From contig JANOMG010000177.1 in the NCBI GenBank assembly GCA_031420175.1, positions 1-43,528 of the forward strand: a DNA stretch of 43,528 bases, read 5' to 3'. Under the pieces are notes generated by a model that was not told the origin of the DNA, did not search any database, and was given only the letters and a program-made list of their open reading frames with translations. The stretch is from Nitrospira sp. GTDB lineage: Bacteria; Nitrospirota; Nitrospiria; Nitrospirales; Nitrospiraceae. Made by a program: the position numbers and the translations under genes. This document shows, one piece after another, positions 8,198 to 19,668 of the stretch (positions are counted from its first letter, which is position 1; each line of letters starts with the position of its first letter).

Positions 8198-8473
8198 CTA
8201 TGAATTGACGTATTTTTTGAATACTTGACTGGGGCGAAAGGTCACCACACGGCGGGGCGTGATCCCGATTTCTTCTCCCGTCCGAGGATTCCGGCCCTTC
8301 CGAGCCCCTTTGCTACGCACCACAAAGTTGCCAAATCCGGCAATCTTGACCGACTCTCCTTTATGCAGCACTTCTTTCAGCATATTCAACACGAGTTCGA
8401 CGATATCTGCGGCTTCGTTCTTCGAAATACCAACCTGTTTGTAGATTTCGTTCGCGATATCCGCCTTCCTCAT
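8198..8473 (-). CDS. ihfA: Integration host factor alpha-like / HU-family DNA-bending protein
   Basis: MRKADIANEIYKQVGISKNEAADIVELVLNMLKEVL...GFGNFVVRSKGARKGRNPRTGEEIGITPRRVVTFRPS. Confidence 0.85.
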   Translation of the reverse strand: MRKADIANEIYKQVGISKNEAADIVELVLNMLKEVLHKGESVKIAGFGNFVVRSKGARKGRNPRTGEEIGITPRRVVTFRPSQVFKKYVNS

Positions 8474-8552
8474 GCTTCCCCCTCCGATGCCTCTACAAGC
8501 CTCTCGAACGGTCGGCTCTCAGCCCGACTCGCCCAATGGTCAGTTTCGCTAT

Positions 8553-8581
8553 AAGTTACGTGAGGTTATGGGGACTGTCAA
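8553..8581 (-). promoter_or_regulatory. Sigma-70-like promoter upstream of the IHF-like gene
   Basis: Minus strand TTGACA-17 nt-TAACTT, about 80 nt upstream of the ATG at 8473. Confidence 0.35.
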
Positions 8582-8608
8582 GGACAAATATGCAAGATCC
8601 ACCTGCAT

Positions 8609-10261
8609 TCATGAGTCTTTGGCGAGTAACTTGTATTCAATGCTGTCCGCCAGCGCTTGCCAGCTCGCTTCCATGATGTTCTCGGATACACCGACGGTGC
8701 CCCATTTATCCTTATGATCGCCTGATTCGATCAATACCCGAACCTTGGACTCCGTCCCATGATTGGCCGACAGCACTCGAACTTTATAGTCGAGGAGTTT
8801 GACCTCTCGGAGCTGGGGATAGAATTTCTCCAAGGCTTTCCGCAACGCATGATCGAGCGCGTTGACCGGACCGACTCCGACTGCTGCCGCATGTTCCACC
8901 ACGTTGCCGACCTTCACCATCACTGTGGCCTCCGACAACATGGCTCCCTGGTCCTGTTTTTTCTCAACAATCACCCGAAAACCAAGAAGTTGGAAGGGTG
9001 ACTTGTGGGTTCCCATCGCTTTTCGCATCAGCAACTCGAAGGAACCTTCCGCCGCCTCAAATTGGTAGCCCTGACTTTCACGCTCCTTCAGCACATCGAT
9101 CAATTCCTGCAACTTGGCGTGGCCCTTGTCCAATTTGATCCCATAGGCCTCGACTTTCTCCAGTAACCCACTCCGACCTGCCGCATCCGACACCAACATA
9201 CGCTGGCGGTTCCCGACTAACCCGGGAATCACATGTTCATAGGTGGCGGGATTCTTCAGCACCGCATGGATATGGATCCCGCCCTTATGGGCAAACGCCG
9301 AATCTCCCACATAGGGCTGATGCGTATTAGGCATGAGGTTCGCGATTTCGGTCACGAATCCAGAAACCCGTTTGAGATGACTCAAACGGTCTCCCAACAC
9401 CAGACGTTTCATCTTCAGTTCAAGATTGGGAATGATCGAACAGAGATTGGCATTGCCGCACCGCTCGCCGATCCCGTTAATCGTCCCTTGTACTTGTAGG
9501 ACACCGGTTTCGATCGCCACCAGCGAATTCGCGACGGCCATTTCACAATCGTTGTGCGCGTGAATCCCCAAAGGCACGGCACATTCCCGCCGAACGACCT
9601 GGCAAATCTCTTTGATTTCCCAAGGCATCGTCCCGCCATTGGTGTCGCAGAGAATGACCCGTTCGGCGCCGGCGGCCACAGCTTGGCGAATGGTCTCTAG
9701 CGCGTAATCCGGATTCGTCTTATACCCATCGAAAAAATGTTCCGCATCGTAGAACAGCCTCCGACCTTTCGAGCGGAGATGCGCCACTGAATCGCTGATG
9801 ATTTCAAGATTCTTTGCGAGGGAAATACCGAGCGCGTCGGTGACGTGCAGTGACCAGCTTTTCCCGAAGAGCGTGATCACCTTGGTCTCGGCATCCAGCA
9901 ATGCCTTGATATTAGGGTCGGTCTGTACCGCATTGCTGGCTTTCCTGGTCGACCCGAACGCCACGACTGTCGCCGTCTGCAACGGGGTCGTCTTGATCAT
10001 CCGGAAGAATTCGACGTCTTTGGGATTCGCACCGGGCCACCCGCCTTCGATGAACTGTACGCCAAGCCCATCTAACTGTTGTGCGACCCGAACCTTGTCT
10101 TCCACCGAGAAACTGACATCCTCGGCCTGAGCTCCGTCGCGTAACGTGGTGTCATAGATTTCTAATGCCACCGGCTTGGCGGCAGGAGAAGGGATACCGG
10201 ACGATGAGGAAGCGACTGGCTTGCCTTGTGAGGATCGCGACTGAGGTGTTTTTCGAGCCAT
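8609..10261 (-). CDS. cimA: (R)-citramalate synthase (LeuA-related, long form with C-terminal regulatory domain)
   Basis: EIYDTTLRDGAQAEDVSFSVEDKVRVAQQLDGLGVQFIEGGWPGANPKDVEFF and HAHNDCEMAVANSL resemble CimA more than LeuA. I prefer the ATG at 10261; the track start at 10285 is TTG. Confidence 0.75.
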   Translation of the reverse strand: MARKTPQSRSSQGKPVASSSSGIPSPAAKPVALEIYDTTLRDGAQAEDVSFSVEDKVRVAQQLDGLGVQFIEGGWPGANPKDVEFFRMIKTTPLQTATVVAFGSTRKASNAVQTDPNIKALLDAETKVITLFGKSWSLHVTDALGISLAKNLEIISDSVAHLRSKGRRLFYDAEHFFDGYKTNPDYALETIRQAVAAGAERVILCDTNGGTMPWEIKEICQVVRRECAVPLGIHAHNDCEMAVANSLVAIETGVLQVQGTINGIGERCGNANLCSIIPNLELKMKRLVLGDRLSHLKRVSGFVTEIANLMPNTHQPYVGDSAFAHKGGIHIHAVLKNPATYEHVIPGLVGNRQRMLVSDAAGRSGLLEKVEAYGIKLDKGHAKLQELIDVLKERESQGYQFEAAEGSFELLMRKAMGTHKSPFQLLGFRVIVEKKQDQGAMLSEATVMVKVGNVVEHAAAVGVGPVNALDHALRKALEKFYPQLREVKLLDYKVRVLSANHGTESKVRVLIESGDHKDKWGTVGVSENIMEASWQALADSIEYKLLAKDS

Positions 10262-10317
10262 AAAAAAGGTACGGGAGCAGGACAATCCTAACTGAGACTC
10301 ACATCATCCGAAATTCG

Positions 10318-11559
10318 TTACTTCGCAGCTCGGTCTACGGCCAACGGCTGATCCAGCCCGAACGCAGTATGCAAGGAACGCATGGCAAGTTCCACATACT
10401 TTTCATCGATGACACAGGAAATCTTGATCTCCGACGTGCTGATCATGAGGATATTCACGCCTTCCTGCGACAAGACGTCGAACATCTTAGCCGCGACTCC
10501 AGAATGAGACCGCATTCCGACGCCGACCAGCGAGACCTTCGCAATCGCCTCGGTCACGGCGACCGATTTCGCGTCGATACCCTTCGCCACATCCTGAATG
10601 AGCGGCAGCGCTTTCGTGATGTCCACCCGTGGAATCGTGAAGGAAATATCTGTCATGCCCGACTGACCCATGTTCTGGATAATCATGTCGACATTGATGT
10701 TGGCCTGAGCTACCGGCCCGAAGACTTTCGATGCAATACCTGGTTTATCCGGCACGCCCACGATCGTGATTTTGGCCTGATTCCGATCACCGGTAACTCC
10801 CGACACCGCGACCGCTTCCATATCCTCATCTTCACGCGTCACGAGCGTCCCCTTTCCTTCTTTGAAGCTGGAGCTTACCTCTACCGGCACATTGAACTTC
10901 GCAGCAAATTCGACGGAGCGGCTCTGCAGCACCTTGGCACCCAGACTGGCCATTTCCAACATTTCCTCGTAGGAAATCTTGTCGATGCGTCGAGCCGCCG
11001 GCACAATGTTGGGGTCCGACGTATAGACACCATCGACGTCGGTAAAAATGATACACCGATCGGCCTTCAGCGCCGCTGCCAACGCGACTGCGGTGAGATC
11101 GGATCCTCCGCGCCCCAATGTCGTGACATCCGACTGTTCGTTGATCCCTTGAAAGCCGGCCACCACTGGGATGACCCCTTTGTGAAGGGCCTCGCGAATC
11201 CGATCGGCACTCACCTTAGTAATCCGCGCTTTCGTATGGGCACTATCGGTCATGATCCCGACTTGGCGGCCCGTAAAAGATTGGGCATCAAGCCCCCGGG
11301 CCCGCAAGGCCATCGCCAACAAAGCAATCGTCACCCGCTCTCCGGTCGACAAGAGCATATCAAGTTCTCGATCGTCCGGCAGCGGCGTAACTTCATGTGC
11401 CAACCGAAGCAGCCGATCCGTTTCGCCGCTCATCGCGGACAGAACCACCACGACACGATGGCCATCCTTGTGAGCCCTCTCAACGCGTTCGGCCACGCAG
11501 TGAATCCGCTCGATCGTGCCGACGGATGTCCCCCCATATTTCTGGACAATCAGCGCCAC
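10318..11559 (-). CDS. lysC: Aspartate kinase
   Basis: [14 protein letters not shown]..., with C-terminal tandem ACT domains. Confidence 0.95.
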   Translation of the reverse strand: MALIVQKYGGTSVGTIERIHCVAERVERAHKDGHRVVVVLSAMSGETDRLLRLAHEVTPLPDDRELDMLLSTGERVTIALLAMALRARGLDAQSFTGRQVGIMTDSAHTKARITKVSADRIREALHKGVIPVVAGFQGINEQSDVTTLGRGGSDLTAVALAAALKADRCIIFTDVDGVYTSDPNIVPAARRIDKISYEEMLEMASLGAKVLQSRSVEFAAKFNVPVEVSSSFKEGKGTLVTREDEDMEAVAVSGVTGDRNQAKITIVGVPDKPGIASKVFGPVAQANINVDMIIQNMGQSGMTDISFTIPRVDITKALPLIQDVAKGIDAKSVAVTEAIAKVSLVGVGMRSHSGVAAKMFDVLSQEGVNILMISTSEIKISCVIDEKYVELAMRSLHTAFGLDQPLAVDRAAK

Positions 11560-11564
11560 GACCG

Positions 11565-12803
11565 TCAGGATCCTTTTGCGAATAATCGTACGACGAACTT
11601 CGTCGCATCACGAGGAGGCACAGTCGAGGCTTGCGCATCGGCCTCAGTAAATCTCCGTCCGGCCTCAGGAGAAGAGGCCGCACTGTCACGATACGCGAAG
11701 AGCCCGGGACCCTCCGCTGCCTGACCTTGCTGCACGTTGCCCGAATCGCAGAAGGCCACGATACGATGGGAGCCCAATTTGGCCAGCCCTTCGAGCAGCG
11801 GCCCTACCAACTCGCGATCGACCGTTTCAATCGCCTTCACCTTCGCTGTGACATCCGACCCGTAGACCACCTCGTCCGGCAACTCCACATGCACGTACGC
11901 AAAATCATTTTTGGCGAGTTCCTCCAGGGCAACCGCCGCCTGGGTACGAAGATCTGCACCGGCCAATCGCGAGCCATCTACAGCTTCAAGCCCGGCCATG
12001 ATGCCAAGTCCGCGATGGACATCGCTCTGGGAGATCACCACACCGGCCATCGTGAATCGCTCCGAGAGGCTTGGCCAGAAAATGGCCCTGCCTTCGCCCC
12101 AGAGCCAGAGACAGTTGGCCGGCTTCTGCCCCGCCGCGCTGCGTTCCTCGTTGAGGGGATGATCGCGCAAAATCTGAAACGACGCGTCCATGAGCTTCCA
12201 GAGAAAGTCCGCCCCCTCTCCCGTCGGCAAGGCATCGGCGATCGGTCGGTCAACCAATAATTGTGGATCCGTACAGACGGCTCGCGACTTCCCGTTGCCC
12301 CACACCATGAGGTGACGGTGACCTGACCCGGGATAGAACTGAATCATCTCCGACCCGAGCTGCTCATTGATCGCCTCGATCAATTCGCGAGCTTCTTCAG
12401 TCGAAATCAGGCCGGCTGTCGCATCGTCCATCACCACATGCGGCCCCAACTTCTTGATCTCGTTTAATCCACCCTTGCTCCCGGACTGCGCGTCTGCCCG
12501 CAACGTGACCATCGTACAGCGATAGGCCACATCCTGCTCACCGACGGCAACCCCCAGACTGGCGGCCTCGAACGGACCAGGACCTTGGTAGTATTTCTTG
12601 GGGTCGTATCCGAGAATGGTCGTCCCTGTCAGGCCACTCCCCCGCCGCACAGTCTCGGGCACCACAGTCAGAATCCCTAGCTCTCCCTCTTGTGCGAGGC
12701 GATCGAGATGGGGAGTCGAGGCCGCCTGAAGAGGAGTCCGTCCGCCCAATTCCTGCCGGGGATAGTCTGCCATCCCGTCGGCATGGAGAATCACATATTT
12801 CAT
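11565..12803 (-). CDS. Cofactor-independent phosphoglycerate mutase (ApgM)-like metalloenzyme; candidate non-orthologous homoserine kinase
   Basis: [15 protein letters not shown]...[18 protein letters not shown] is the N-terminus of the alkaline-phosphatase-superfamily ApgM type. It sits between thrC and lysC with gaps of 22 nt and 5 nt. Confidence 0.7.
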   Translation of the reverse strand: MKYVILHADGMADYPRQELGGRTPLQAASTPHLDRLAQEGELGILTVVPETVRRGSGLTGTTILGYDPKKYYQGPGPFEAASLGVAVGEQDVAYRCTMVTLRADAQSGSKGGLNEIKKLGPHVVMDDATAGLISTEEARELIEAINEQLGSEMIQFYPGSGHRHLMVWGNGKSRAVCTDPQLLVDRPIADALPTGEGADFLWKLMDASFQILRDHPLNEERSAAGQKPANCLWLWGEGRAIFWPSLSERFTMAGVVISQSDVHRGLGIMAGLEAVDGSRLAGADLRTQAAVALEELAKNDFAYVHVELPDEVVYGSDVTAKVKAIETVDRELVGPLLEGLAKLGSHRIVAFCDSGNVQQGQAAEGPGLFAYRDSAASSPEAGRRFTEADAQASTVPPRDATKFVVRLFAKGS

Positions 12804-12825
12804 CGAAGCCCTGCTCGCATGGTAT

Positions 12826-13884
12826 CTATACCTTTAAAAGACGAGCGACATCCTCCCGCGTCGCTCTAACGGTTTTCGGTTGGACCGATACACTGATCGC
12901 CGTATCGGCATCTTTCAATCCATGGCCCGTCAAGGTGCAGACTACGATCTCGCCTTCATGAAGCCCGCCCTGCTTGCTCAACTTTATGACGCCGGCAACC
13001 GAGGCAGCGGATGCCGGCTCGCAGAAGACTCCTTCCGTCGCCGCCACCGCCCGATAGGCCTGCAGAATTTCCTCGTCCGTGACCGAATCGATCGCCCCAC
13101 ACGATTCCTTCACGGCATTCAACGCCGATTGCCAGCTGGCTGGATTGCCGATCCTGATCGCGGTGGCCACGGTCTGCGGATTCTCTACAATGTGGCCCAG
13201 CACGATGGGCGCGGCCCCGGACGCCTGAAACCCGATCATGCGCGGAAGCTTCGTGGATTGATTGGCAGCACGGTATTCCTGATACCCCCTCCAATAGGCG
13301 GTAATGTTTCCGGCGTTCCCGACCGGCAGCACATGAATAGCCGGAGCATCGCCAAGCTGATCACAGACCTCCATCGCGGCGGTTTTCTGCCCTTCGATCC
13401 GATAGGGATTGAGAGAGTTAACCAGCTCGATATGGTAGAGGGCCGACAATTCTTTCACGATGGTCAAGGCCTGGTCAAAATTTCCTTCAATCTGGATGAC
13501 CGTGGCTTGGTGCATCATGGCCTGGGATAATTTGCCCATCGCAATCTTCCCGGCAGGGATCAGCACATAGACCGCCAGCCCTGCCCTCGCCCCATAGGCT
13601 GCGGCAGAAGCGGACGTATTCCCCGTCGAGGCGCAAATCACCGCCTTGGCGCCTGACTCAACGGCCTTTGAGATCGCCATCGTCATGCCGCGGTCCTTGA
13701 ACGATCCCGTAGGATTCGCACCTTCGATTTTGAGATAGAGATCAATGCCGGGAGCAATCTGTTCGGCTAGACGAGTCGCTCTGATGAGCGGCGTGTGCCC
13801 CTCACCGAGCGTCACCACGGGGGTCCGGTCTGTTACCGGTAGAAACTTTCGATATTCTTCGATCACACCACGCCAGCATTTCAT
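12826..13884 (-). CDS. thrC: Threonine synthase
   Basis: TPLIRA...[21 protein letters not shown] (PLP lysine motif). ATGA overlap with the hom stop. Confidence 0.95.
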   Translation of the reverse strand: MKCWRGVIEEYRKFLPVTDRTPVVTLGEGHTPLIRATRLAEQIAPGIDLYLKIEGANPTGSFKDRGMTMAISKAVESGAKAVICASTGNTSASAAAYGARAGLAVYVLIPAGKIAMGKLSQAMMHQATVIQIEGNFDQALTIVKELSALYHIELVNSLNPYRIEGQKTAAMEVCDQLGDAPAIHVLPVGNAGNITAYWRGYQEYRAANQSTKLPRMIGFQASGAAPIVLGHIVENPQTVATAIRIGNPASWQSALNAVKESCGAIDSVTDEEILQAYRAVAATEGVFCEPASAASVAGVIKLSKQGGLHEGEIVVCTLTGHGLKDADTAISVSVQPKTVRATREDVARLLKV

Positions 13885-15200
13885 CGCATTACTCGTCTAT
13901 CCTCGATCCTGATCAAGGTTGTTGGCTCAGAAATAAAGGCCATGAGATTGATCGCTTGCAATGCCTTTTGAACATCGCGCTCGGTAGCCGTATGGGTCTT
14001 GATCACGACCGGAACCGTCTGTCCATCACGTCGACCCTGTTGGAGCACAGACGAAATACTGATGCCGTACCGGCCCAGCTCTCCTGCAATCTGTGACAAG
14101 ACACCGGGCCGATCCAACACCATAAAACGGAGATAGTAGAGGGAACTGATCTCTTCCATCGGCCGAATACGAAGCGGACGACGCTGGTCCTGCTGAAACG
14201 AAGAGGCCGACACTCGCCCAACCGCGCCTTTCAATAGATTGCGCGTAATGGCGATCAGGTCGCTGACCACCGCACTGCCGGTCGGCATAGCCCCGGCACC
14301 CCGACCATAGAGTATCACGTCGCCCACCGCATCGCCGACAAGTTGAATCGCGTTGTAGACTCCTTCGACTTGCGCGATTGGAGACGAGGAGGGCAGCATC
14401 GTGGGATGCACGCGGGCTTCAACTTCGTTGCCCACCAGCTTGGCAATCCCCAGCAGCTTGATCGTACAACCGAACTCTTTGGCGTAGGCGATGTCGAGCG
14501 GCGTAATGTGGGTGATCCCCTCGGTATACACATCTTTGAAATTGACCGGCGTACCATAGGCCAGCGCCACCAGAATCGCCAGCTTGTGTGCTGAATCGAT
14601 ACCGGCCACATCGAATGTCGGATCCGCTTCGGCATAACCGGCCTGCTGGGCTTCGCTAAGCACCGAGTCAAAAGTATGACCTTCACGGGTCATACGCGAG
14701 AGGATGTAATTGGCCGTCCCGTTAATGATCCCGTAAATGGATTGGATGGTGTTCGCCGCCAGCCCCTCTCGTAATGCCTGGATGACAGGGATCCCCCCTC
14801 CCACGCTCGCCTCGAAACCGATGTCGACACCTTTGCGAGAAACTGCGGCAAAGATTTCTTCTCCGTGTAACGCAAGCAACGCCTTATTGGCAGTGACGAC
14901 CTGCTTACCTGCCGCAATGGATTCCAGAATGATGCGTTTGGCAAAATCGCAGCCCCCGACCAACTCCACCACAATGTCGATCGAGGGATCGTTGAGAATC
15001 TGCTTTGCATCGGTCGTGAGGAGGCCGGTTGGTAGGGTCAGACCCCGGTCCCTTGTCACATCCAAGTCCGCAATGCGAACGAGCTCGATCGGCACACCGA
15101 CCCGACGGCTGATCAAGGCGGCATTCTCCAAGAGAATCCTCGCGACGCCCGTCCCAACCGTGCCGAATCCAATGATGCCGACGCCCACGCGCGAGATCAT
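13881..15200 (-). CDS. hom: Homoserine dehydrogenase
   Basis: N-terminal Rossmann motif [15 protein letters not shown], a catalytic domain and a C-terminal ACT domain. ATGA overlap with the upstream aminotransferase. Confidence 0.95.
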   Translation of the reverse strand: MISRVGVGIIGFGTVGTGVARILLENAALISRRVGVPIELVRIADLDVTRDRGLTLPTGLLTTDAKQILNDPSIDIVVELVGGCDFAKRIILESIAAGKQVVTANKALLALHGEEIFAAVSRKGVDIGFEASVGGGIPVIQALREGLAANTIQSIYGIINGTANYILSRMTREGHTFDSVLSEAQQAGYAEADPTFDVAGIDSAHKLAILVALAYGTPVNFKDVYTEGITHITPLDIAYAKEFGCTIKLLGIAKLVGNEVEARVHPTMLPSSSPIAQVEGVYNAIQLVGDAVGDVILYGRGAGAMPTGSAVVSDLIAITRNLLKGAVGRVSASSFQQDQRRPLRIRPMEEISSLYYLRFMVLDRPGVLSQIAGELGRYGISISSVLQQGRRDGQTVPVVIKTHTATERDVQKALQAINLMAFISEPTTLIRIEDRRVMR

Positions 15201-16393
15201 TCTTCCGCCCCCCCAAGCTTCAGGGCCTTGCGAATACCGCGCACGGCTTGCCTCGTGCGATGCTCGTTTTCGACAAGGCCGAAACGCACATATTCATCCC
15301 CGCCTTCCCCGAACCCGATTCCGGGAGACACCGCCACTTTCGCCTCGCGGAGCAGGAGCTTGGAAAACTCCAACGATCCCATCGAACGATAGGGCAACGG
15401 AATCCTGGCCCACACAAACATGGTGGCCACGGGCTTAGTCACCTGCCATCCAATGCGATTCAGTCCGCCGACCAACACATCCCGGCGCTTCTGATAGCGC
15501 AAGACCGTCTCTTTGACACATTCTTGTGGTCCATTCAGCGCAATGACGCTGGCAATCTGCAACGGCTGAAAAATACCGTAGTCGAGGTAACTCTTGATCT
15601 TGGCCAGAGCACCAACAACCTCGCGATTACCGCAACAGAAGCCCACGCGCCAACCTGGCATGTTGTAGGCCTTGGAGAGCGTATAGAACTCCACGCCAAC
15701 ATCCTTGGCTCCAGGAGCTTGCAAGAAGCTCGGCGCCTTATACCCGTCGAACACTAAATCGGCGTAGGCCAGGTCATGAATAACAATCACACTATGCTCT
15801 TTGGCAAAGGCAACGACCTTCTTGAAAAACTCAAGATCCACGACAGCAGTAGTGGGGTTGTGAGGAAAGTTGATGACCAAAATCTTCGGCCGCGGGAACG
15901 TCTGGCGATAGACCCGCTGTAAATCGTCAAAGAAGTCACTGTCCTGGCGCAACTCGATTCCGCGGACTTCTCCCCCCGCAATGATAAAACTGTACATATG
16001 AATGGGATAGGTCGGCGTCGGCGTCAGGACCACGTCGCCTGGCCCGATCAGCGCCAAGGCCAAATGCGCTAACCCTTCCTTGGAACCGATCGTCACAATG
16101 GTCTCGGTCTCAGGATCCAGATCGACGTTGTAATTCCGCTTATACCACCCCGTGATCGCATGCCGCAGTTTGGTGATGCCGCGCGAGGCCGAGTAGCGAT
16201 GGTTTTTCCCCTTCCGCGCCGCCTCGATCATCTTCTCGACGATATGGCTCGGAGTCGGTTGGTCAGGATTGCCCATTCCAAAATCGATAATGTCTTCACC
16301 CTGTTGACGAGCCTCAAGCTTGAGGCTCTGCACCTGGGCAAAGACATAGGGCGGTAGCCGTTTAATGCGATAAAATCCGTCGCCTAGTCCCAT
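15197..16393 (-). CDS. Class I/II PLP-dependent aminotransferase (alanine/aspartate transaminase-like)
   Basis: LPPYVFAQV...[13 protein letters not shown]...YSASRGI...NFPHNPT...[16 protein letters not shown] prefer the ATG at 16393 (AGAGGA SD); the track start at 16411 is TTG. Confidence 0.85.
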   Translation of the reverse strand: MGLGDGFYRIKRLPPYVFAQVQSLKLEARQQGEDIIDFGMGNPDQPTPSHIVEKMIEAARKGKNHRYSASRGITKLRHAITGWYKRNYNVDLDPETETIVTIGSKEGLAHLALALIGPGDVVLTPTPTYPIHMYSFIIAGGEVRGIELRQDSDFFDDLQRVYRQTFPRPKILVINFPHNPTTAVVDLEFFKKVVAFAKEHSVIVIHDLAYADLVFDGYKAPSFLQAPGAKDVGVEFYTLSKAYNMPGWRVGFCCGNREVVGALAKIKSYLDYGIFQPLQIASVIALNGPQECVKETVLRYQKRRDVLVGGLNRIGWQVTKPVATMFVWARIPLPYRSMGSLEFSKLLLREAKVAVSPGIGFGEGGDEYVRFGLVENEHRTRQAVRGIRKALKLGGAEE

Positions 16394-16679
16394 CGTATCC
16401 TCTGTCGACAATTCATCTACGCGGGAGGCGTGGAGAAACCACCCGCCTCCCTAATCAGGGGGCCTATTCTAATGGCGAGGGGCGCGTCGAGTCAAATTAT
16501 CCCGTGATTCTGTGGGGTTCGACATTCCAACCCTTCAGACGTGCTGAAGCAGCACAGCACCGACTCCCTCTCCCAGTCCTTGCCCATCCTAGCCAATTTC
16601 TGTTACAACTGAAACGCCTTTCGCACTCATCACGCAACCCAGTTTCTCCTTAGCTCCACATAGCCAGAACGGAGGATCC

Positions 16680-17393
16680 GTGCCACGACTTGGGGTGAAC
16701 ATCGACCATGTGGCCACGTTGCGGCAAGCCCGCGGTGGAACCGATCCGGACCCTCTTACCGCCTCCGTGCTGGTGGAGTTGGCCGGCGCCGACGGCATTG
16801 TCGTCCACCTCAGAGAAGATCGACGGCATATTCAAGACCGCGATCTTCGCCTCTTGCGGGAACTCATCCGTACCAAACTCGATCTGGAGATGGCCGCCGA
16901 TGAGACCATGGCCAAAATTGCCCTGACCATCAAACCGGACATGGTCACGCTCGTCCCGGAGCATCGTCAGGAACTCACGACCGAAGGCGGCCTGGACGTG
17001 GCCGGCCACAAAGATCGCATCCAGCAAATCGTGGCCATGCTCCACGATGGCGGCATTCCCGTCAGTCTCTTCATCGAACCGGATTTGGCTCAGGTCAAAG
17101 CCGCGCACAGAGTCTCAGCGGATTTCGTTGAGCTCCATACCGGTCGTTATGCGAATGCCAAACGCTCGAAAGAAACCGATACGGAAGTGGAAGCCATTAC
17201 GCAGGCCGCGAAACTCTCGTACAAGCTGGGCATGGGCGTCAACGCTGGACACGGCTTGGACTATCGCAACATCTCACGGTTGCTGCACATTCCTGAAATC
17301 GTCGAATACAACATCGGTCACAGCATCATTGCCCGAGCGGTGCTGGTGGGCCTCGACCAAGCCGTGAGAGAAATGAAAGCGTTGTTAGGGTAA
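16680..17393 (+). CDS. pdxJ: Pyridoxine 5'-phosphate synthase
   Basis: [23 protein letters not shown]...[13 protein letters not shown] start with the SD GGAGGA. Confidence 0.95.
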   Translation: MPRLGVNIDHVATLRQARGGTDPDPLTASVLVELAGADGIVVHLREDRRHIQDRDLRLLRELIRTKLDLEMAADETMAKIALTIKPDMVTLVPEHRQELTTEGGLDVAGHKDRIQQIVAMLHDGGIPVSLFIEPDLAQVKAAHRVSADFVELHTGRYANAKRSKETDTEVEAITQAAKLSYKLGMGVNAGHGLDYRNISRLLHIPEIVEYNIGHSIIARAVLVGLDQAVREMKALLG

Positions 17394-17540
17394 CCCATCG
17401 TGCCGGTGCATCACCCTCGTTCCTCCATGGACCACGCGATTCGCCCTTGTCATGACATTGCGACGTAGAGAAAAGATCTTTCTCCTCCCCGCACGCACTC
17501 GATTCTTCATGCGGTATCGATCCCGCACGCAAGGCCACCG

Positions 17541-19094
17541 ATGAAGATCGTGACCGGCAGCGAGATGCAGGCACTTGATCGCCGCACGATCACCGAAGCG
17601 CATGTCCCCAGTACCGTCTTGATGGAGCGCGCAGGTGAGGGCATTGTCAGGCATCTGGAAGAGTATTGTGGACCAGCACGCGGCAAGACCATTACCATCC
17701 TCTGCGGAAAAGGGAACAACGGAGGAGACGGATTGGTTGTGGCTCGCCTGCTGCGCCGCCGACGTGCTCGAATTCACGTGGTGCTCCTCACGCCTATCAC
17801 CGAGCTAAGCCGCGATGCCACAACCATGTATCGTCGGCTCGTTCGGGTTGCGGGGCGAGCCGTGATCGTTCGATTCCGGTCTGCCGACCAAACACGGTCC
17901 CTTCTCGCCTCCAGCGACATCCTCGTCGATGCCCTCCTTGGAACCGGATTATCCTCCGAAGTGACCGGAACCTATCGCGAGGCCATCGAGCTCATCAACG
18001 GGGCTGGGAAACCGGTCATCGCCATTGATCTCCCCTCCGGCATCCATGCCGACACCGGCGCCATCCTCGGGCAATCGATCCACGCCACATTGACCATCAC
18101 GTTAGGCCTCCCCAAACTCGGGTTGTATGTCGGTGCAGGGATTGATCAGGCAGGCGCAATCCGCGCCGTCGATATCGGCATTCCCACTGCCTTTGTGGAT
18201 GATCTCGAGAGCCGGACGTTACTTCTGACAAGCGACAGCGTCTTTAAAACCCTTCCGGATCGCTGGCTCTCCGCACATAAAGGGACCTTTGGCCATGCAG
18301 GGATTATCGCAGGGTCCGTAGGAAAAACCGGCGCGGCGGCGTTAGCGGCTCAGGCGGCACTCAGAGTCGGAGCCGGTCTGGTGACCGTCGCCACTCCCAG
18401 CAGCGTCAACGATGTACTGGAAGCCAAGCTGCTGGAAGCGATGACCCTGCCACTCCAGGAAACGAAAGCCCGGACATTGGCTCGCTCAGGACTCGATCGT
18501 GTCGTCGCCTTTATCCAGGCACGCACGGCGATCGCCATCGGCCCTGGACTCTCGACCCATCCTGAGACCGTTGAACTCGTGCAGTCGTTGATGAAATATC
18601 TGGATCGGCCCTCCGTCCTCGATGCCGATGCGCTCAACGCCTTGACTGGCCGTGTTTCGTTGCTGACCGAATGTAAGACTCCGCCCATTCTCACCCCGCA
18701 CCCTGGCGAGATGGCCCGGCTCGAAGTTGATGCCACCACGCAGAGCGTCAACACAGACCGCATCGGCACGGCCAGACGGTTTGCCCGAGAACGCGGCGTG
18801 TTCGTCGTCTTAAAAGGTGCACGAACCGTCATCGCCCGCCCCGATGGGCTTGTCGCCATTTGCCCGACCGGGAATCCCGGCATGGCCACGGCTGGAACTG
18901 GTGATGTCTTAACCGGCATGATTGTCGGCTTACTGGCGCAAGGGGTCCCCGCATGGGACGCCGCCTGTGCCGCCACCTATTTTCATGGGTCAGCCGGCGA
19001 CTTGGCCGCCCAACAGCTCGGGCAGGCCGGGATGCTCGCCAGTGACCTGATTGCCCAGATTCCCTATGCGCTCCAGCAAACCAACAGGACCTAA
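17541..19094 (+). CDS. nnr: Bifunctional NAD(P)H-hydrate repair enzyme (epimerase + ADP-dependent dehydratase)
   Basis: YjeF-N domain (ILCGKGNNGGDGLV) fused to a YjeF-C carbohydrate-kinase-like domain (GPGL...ATAGTGDVLTGMI). Confidence 0.9.
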   Translation: MKIVTGSEMQALDRRTITEAHVPSTVLMERAGEGIVRHLEEYCGPARGKTITILCGKGNNGGDGLVVARLLRRRRARIHVVLLTPITELSRDATTMYRRLVRVAGRAVIVRFRSADQTRSLLASSDILVDALLGTGLSSEVTGTYREAIELINGAGKPVIAIDLPSGIHADTGAILGQSIHATLTITLGLPKLGLYVGAGIDQAGAIRAVDIGIPTAFVDDLESRTLLLTSDSVFKTLPDRWLSAHKGTFGHAGIIAGSVGKTGAAALAAQAALRVGAGLVTVATPSSVNDVLEAKLLEAMTLPLQETKARTLARSGLDRVVAFIQARTAIAIGPGLSTHPETVELVQSLMKYLDRPSVLDADALNALTGRVSLLTECKTPPILTPHPGEMARLEVDATTQSVNTDRIGTARRFARERGVFVVLKGARTVIARPDGLVAICPTGNPGMATAGTGDVLTGMIVGLLAQGVPAWDAACAATYFHGSAGDLAAQQLGQAGMLASDLIAQIPYALQQTNRT

Positions 19095-19167
19095 CGTCAT
19101 CAAGCCAGCCAAGGCGAAACAACCTGCCGCTCGCCGCCGCGCCACGTCGAGCCTGCCGTGGAAGCTG

Positions 19168-19668
19168 ATGTCCTCCTCGCACCAGCAGACCGACTGGTTA
19201 GGCCAAGTGCTCGGACATACGCTTCGAGGAGGGGAAACGATCGCACTCTACGGACCGCTCGGAGCCGGCAAGACAGCGCTCGTTCGCGGAATCGCGCAGG
19301 GCCTGGGCGCATCGCCAACGGCAGTGACCAGCCCGACATTCGTCGTCATTCACGAATACCAAGGGCGTCTGCCACTGGCCCACATGGATTGGTATCGCAT
19401 CCGCTCGCTTTGCGAGCTTGAATCGACAGGTGTGATGGAGTATTTCTCTGGCCAGACCGTGACGGCCATCGAATGGGCAGACAAGGGCCTTGTCCTGCTG
19501 CCGCAGGACCGGATTGAGATTACCCTGAGTCATCGTACCGCGCAGAGCCGATTGATTCAGTTGCTTGCGACAGGGCCGATGTCTGAGGATGTCCTCGCGC
19601 GCGCGCGCAGGACACATCACGCACCACCGCACCACGGCTCACACAAGAAGGGGACAACGAGGTCATGA
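19168..19668 (+). CDS. tsaE: tRNA t6A37 biosynthesis ATPase TsaE
   Basis: LYGPLGAGKTALVRGIAQGLG...SPTFVVIHEY...HMDWYR. I prefer the ATG at 19168. The track start at 19051 would overlap nnr by 44 nt. There is a basic/His-rich C-terminal tail of about 35 aa. Confidence 0.85.
   Translation: MSSSHQQTDWLGQVLGHTLRGGETIALYGPLGAGKTALVRGIAQGLGASPTAVTSPTFVVIHEYQGRLPLAHMDWYRIRSLCELESTGVMEYFSGQTVTAIEWADKGLVLLPQDRIEITLSHRTAQSRLIQLLATGPMSEDVLARARRTHHAPPHHGSHKKGTTRS

Noticed and set aside
10369-11724. 451-aa plus-strand ORF, the longest unannotated ORF in the track
   Set aside because: It lies exactly antisense to lysC and the 3' end of the ApgM-like gene. Its translation is Arg/His/Asp-rich nonsense with no motif. 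Long antisense ORFs are expected opposite GC3-rich genes.
14737-15438. 233-aa plus-strand ORF
   Set aside because: It is antisense to hom and the aminotransferase junction, with a Pro/Ser/Arg-rich translation typical of an antisense frame.
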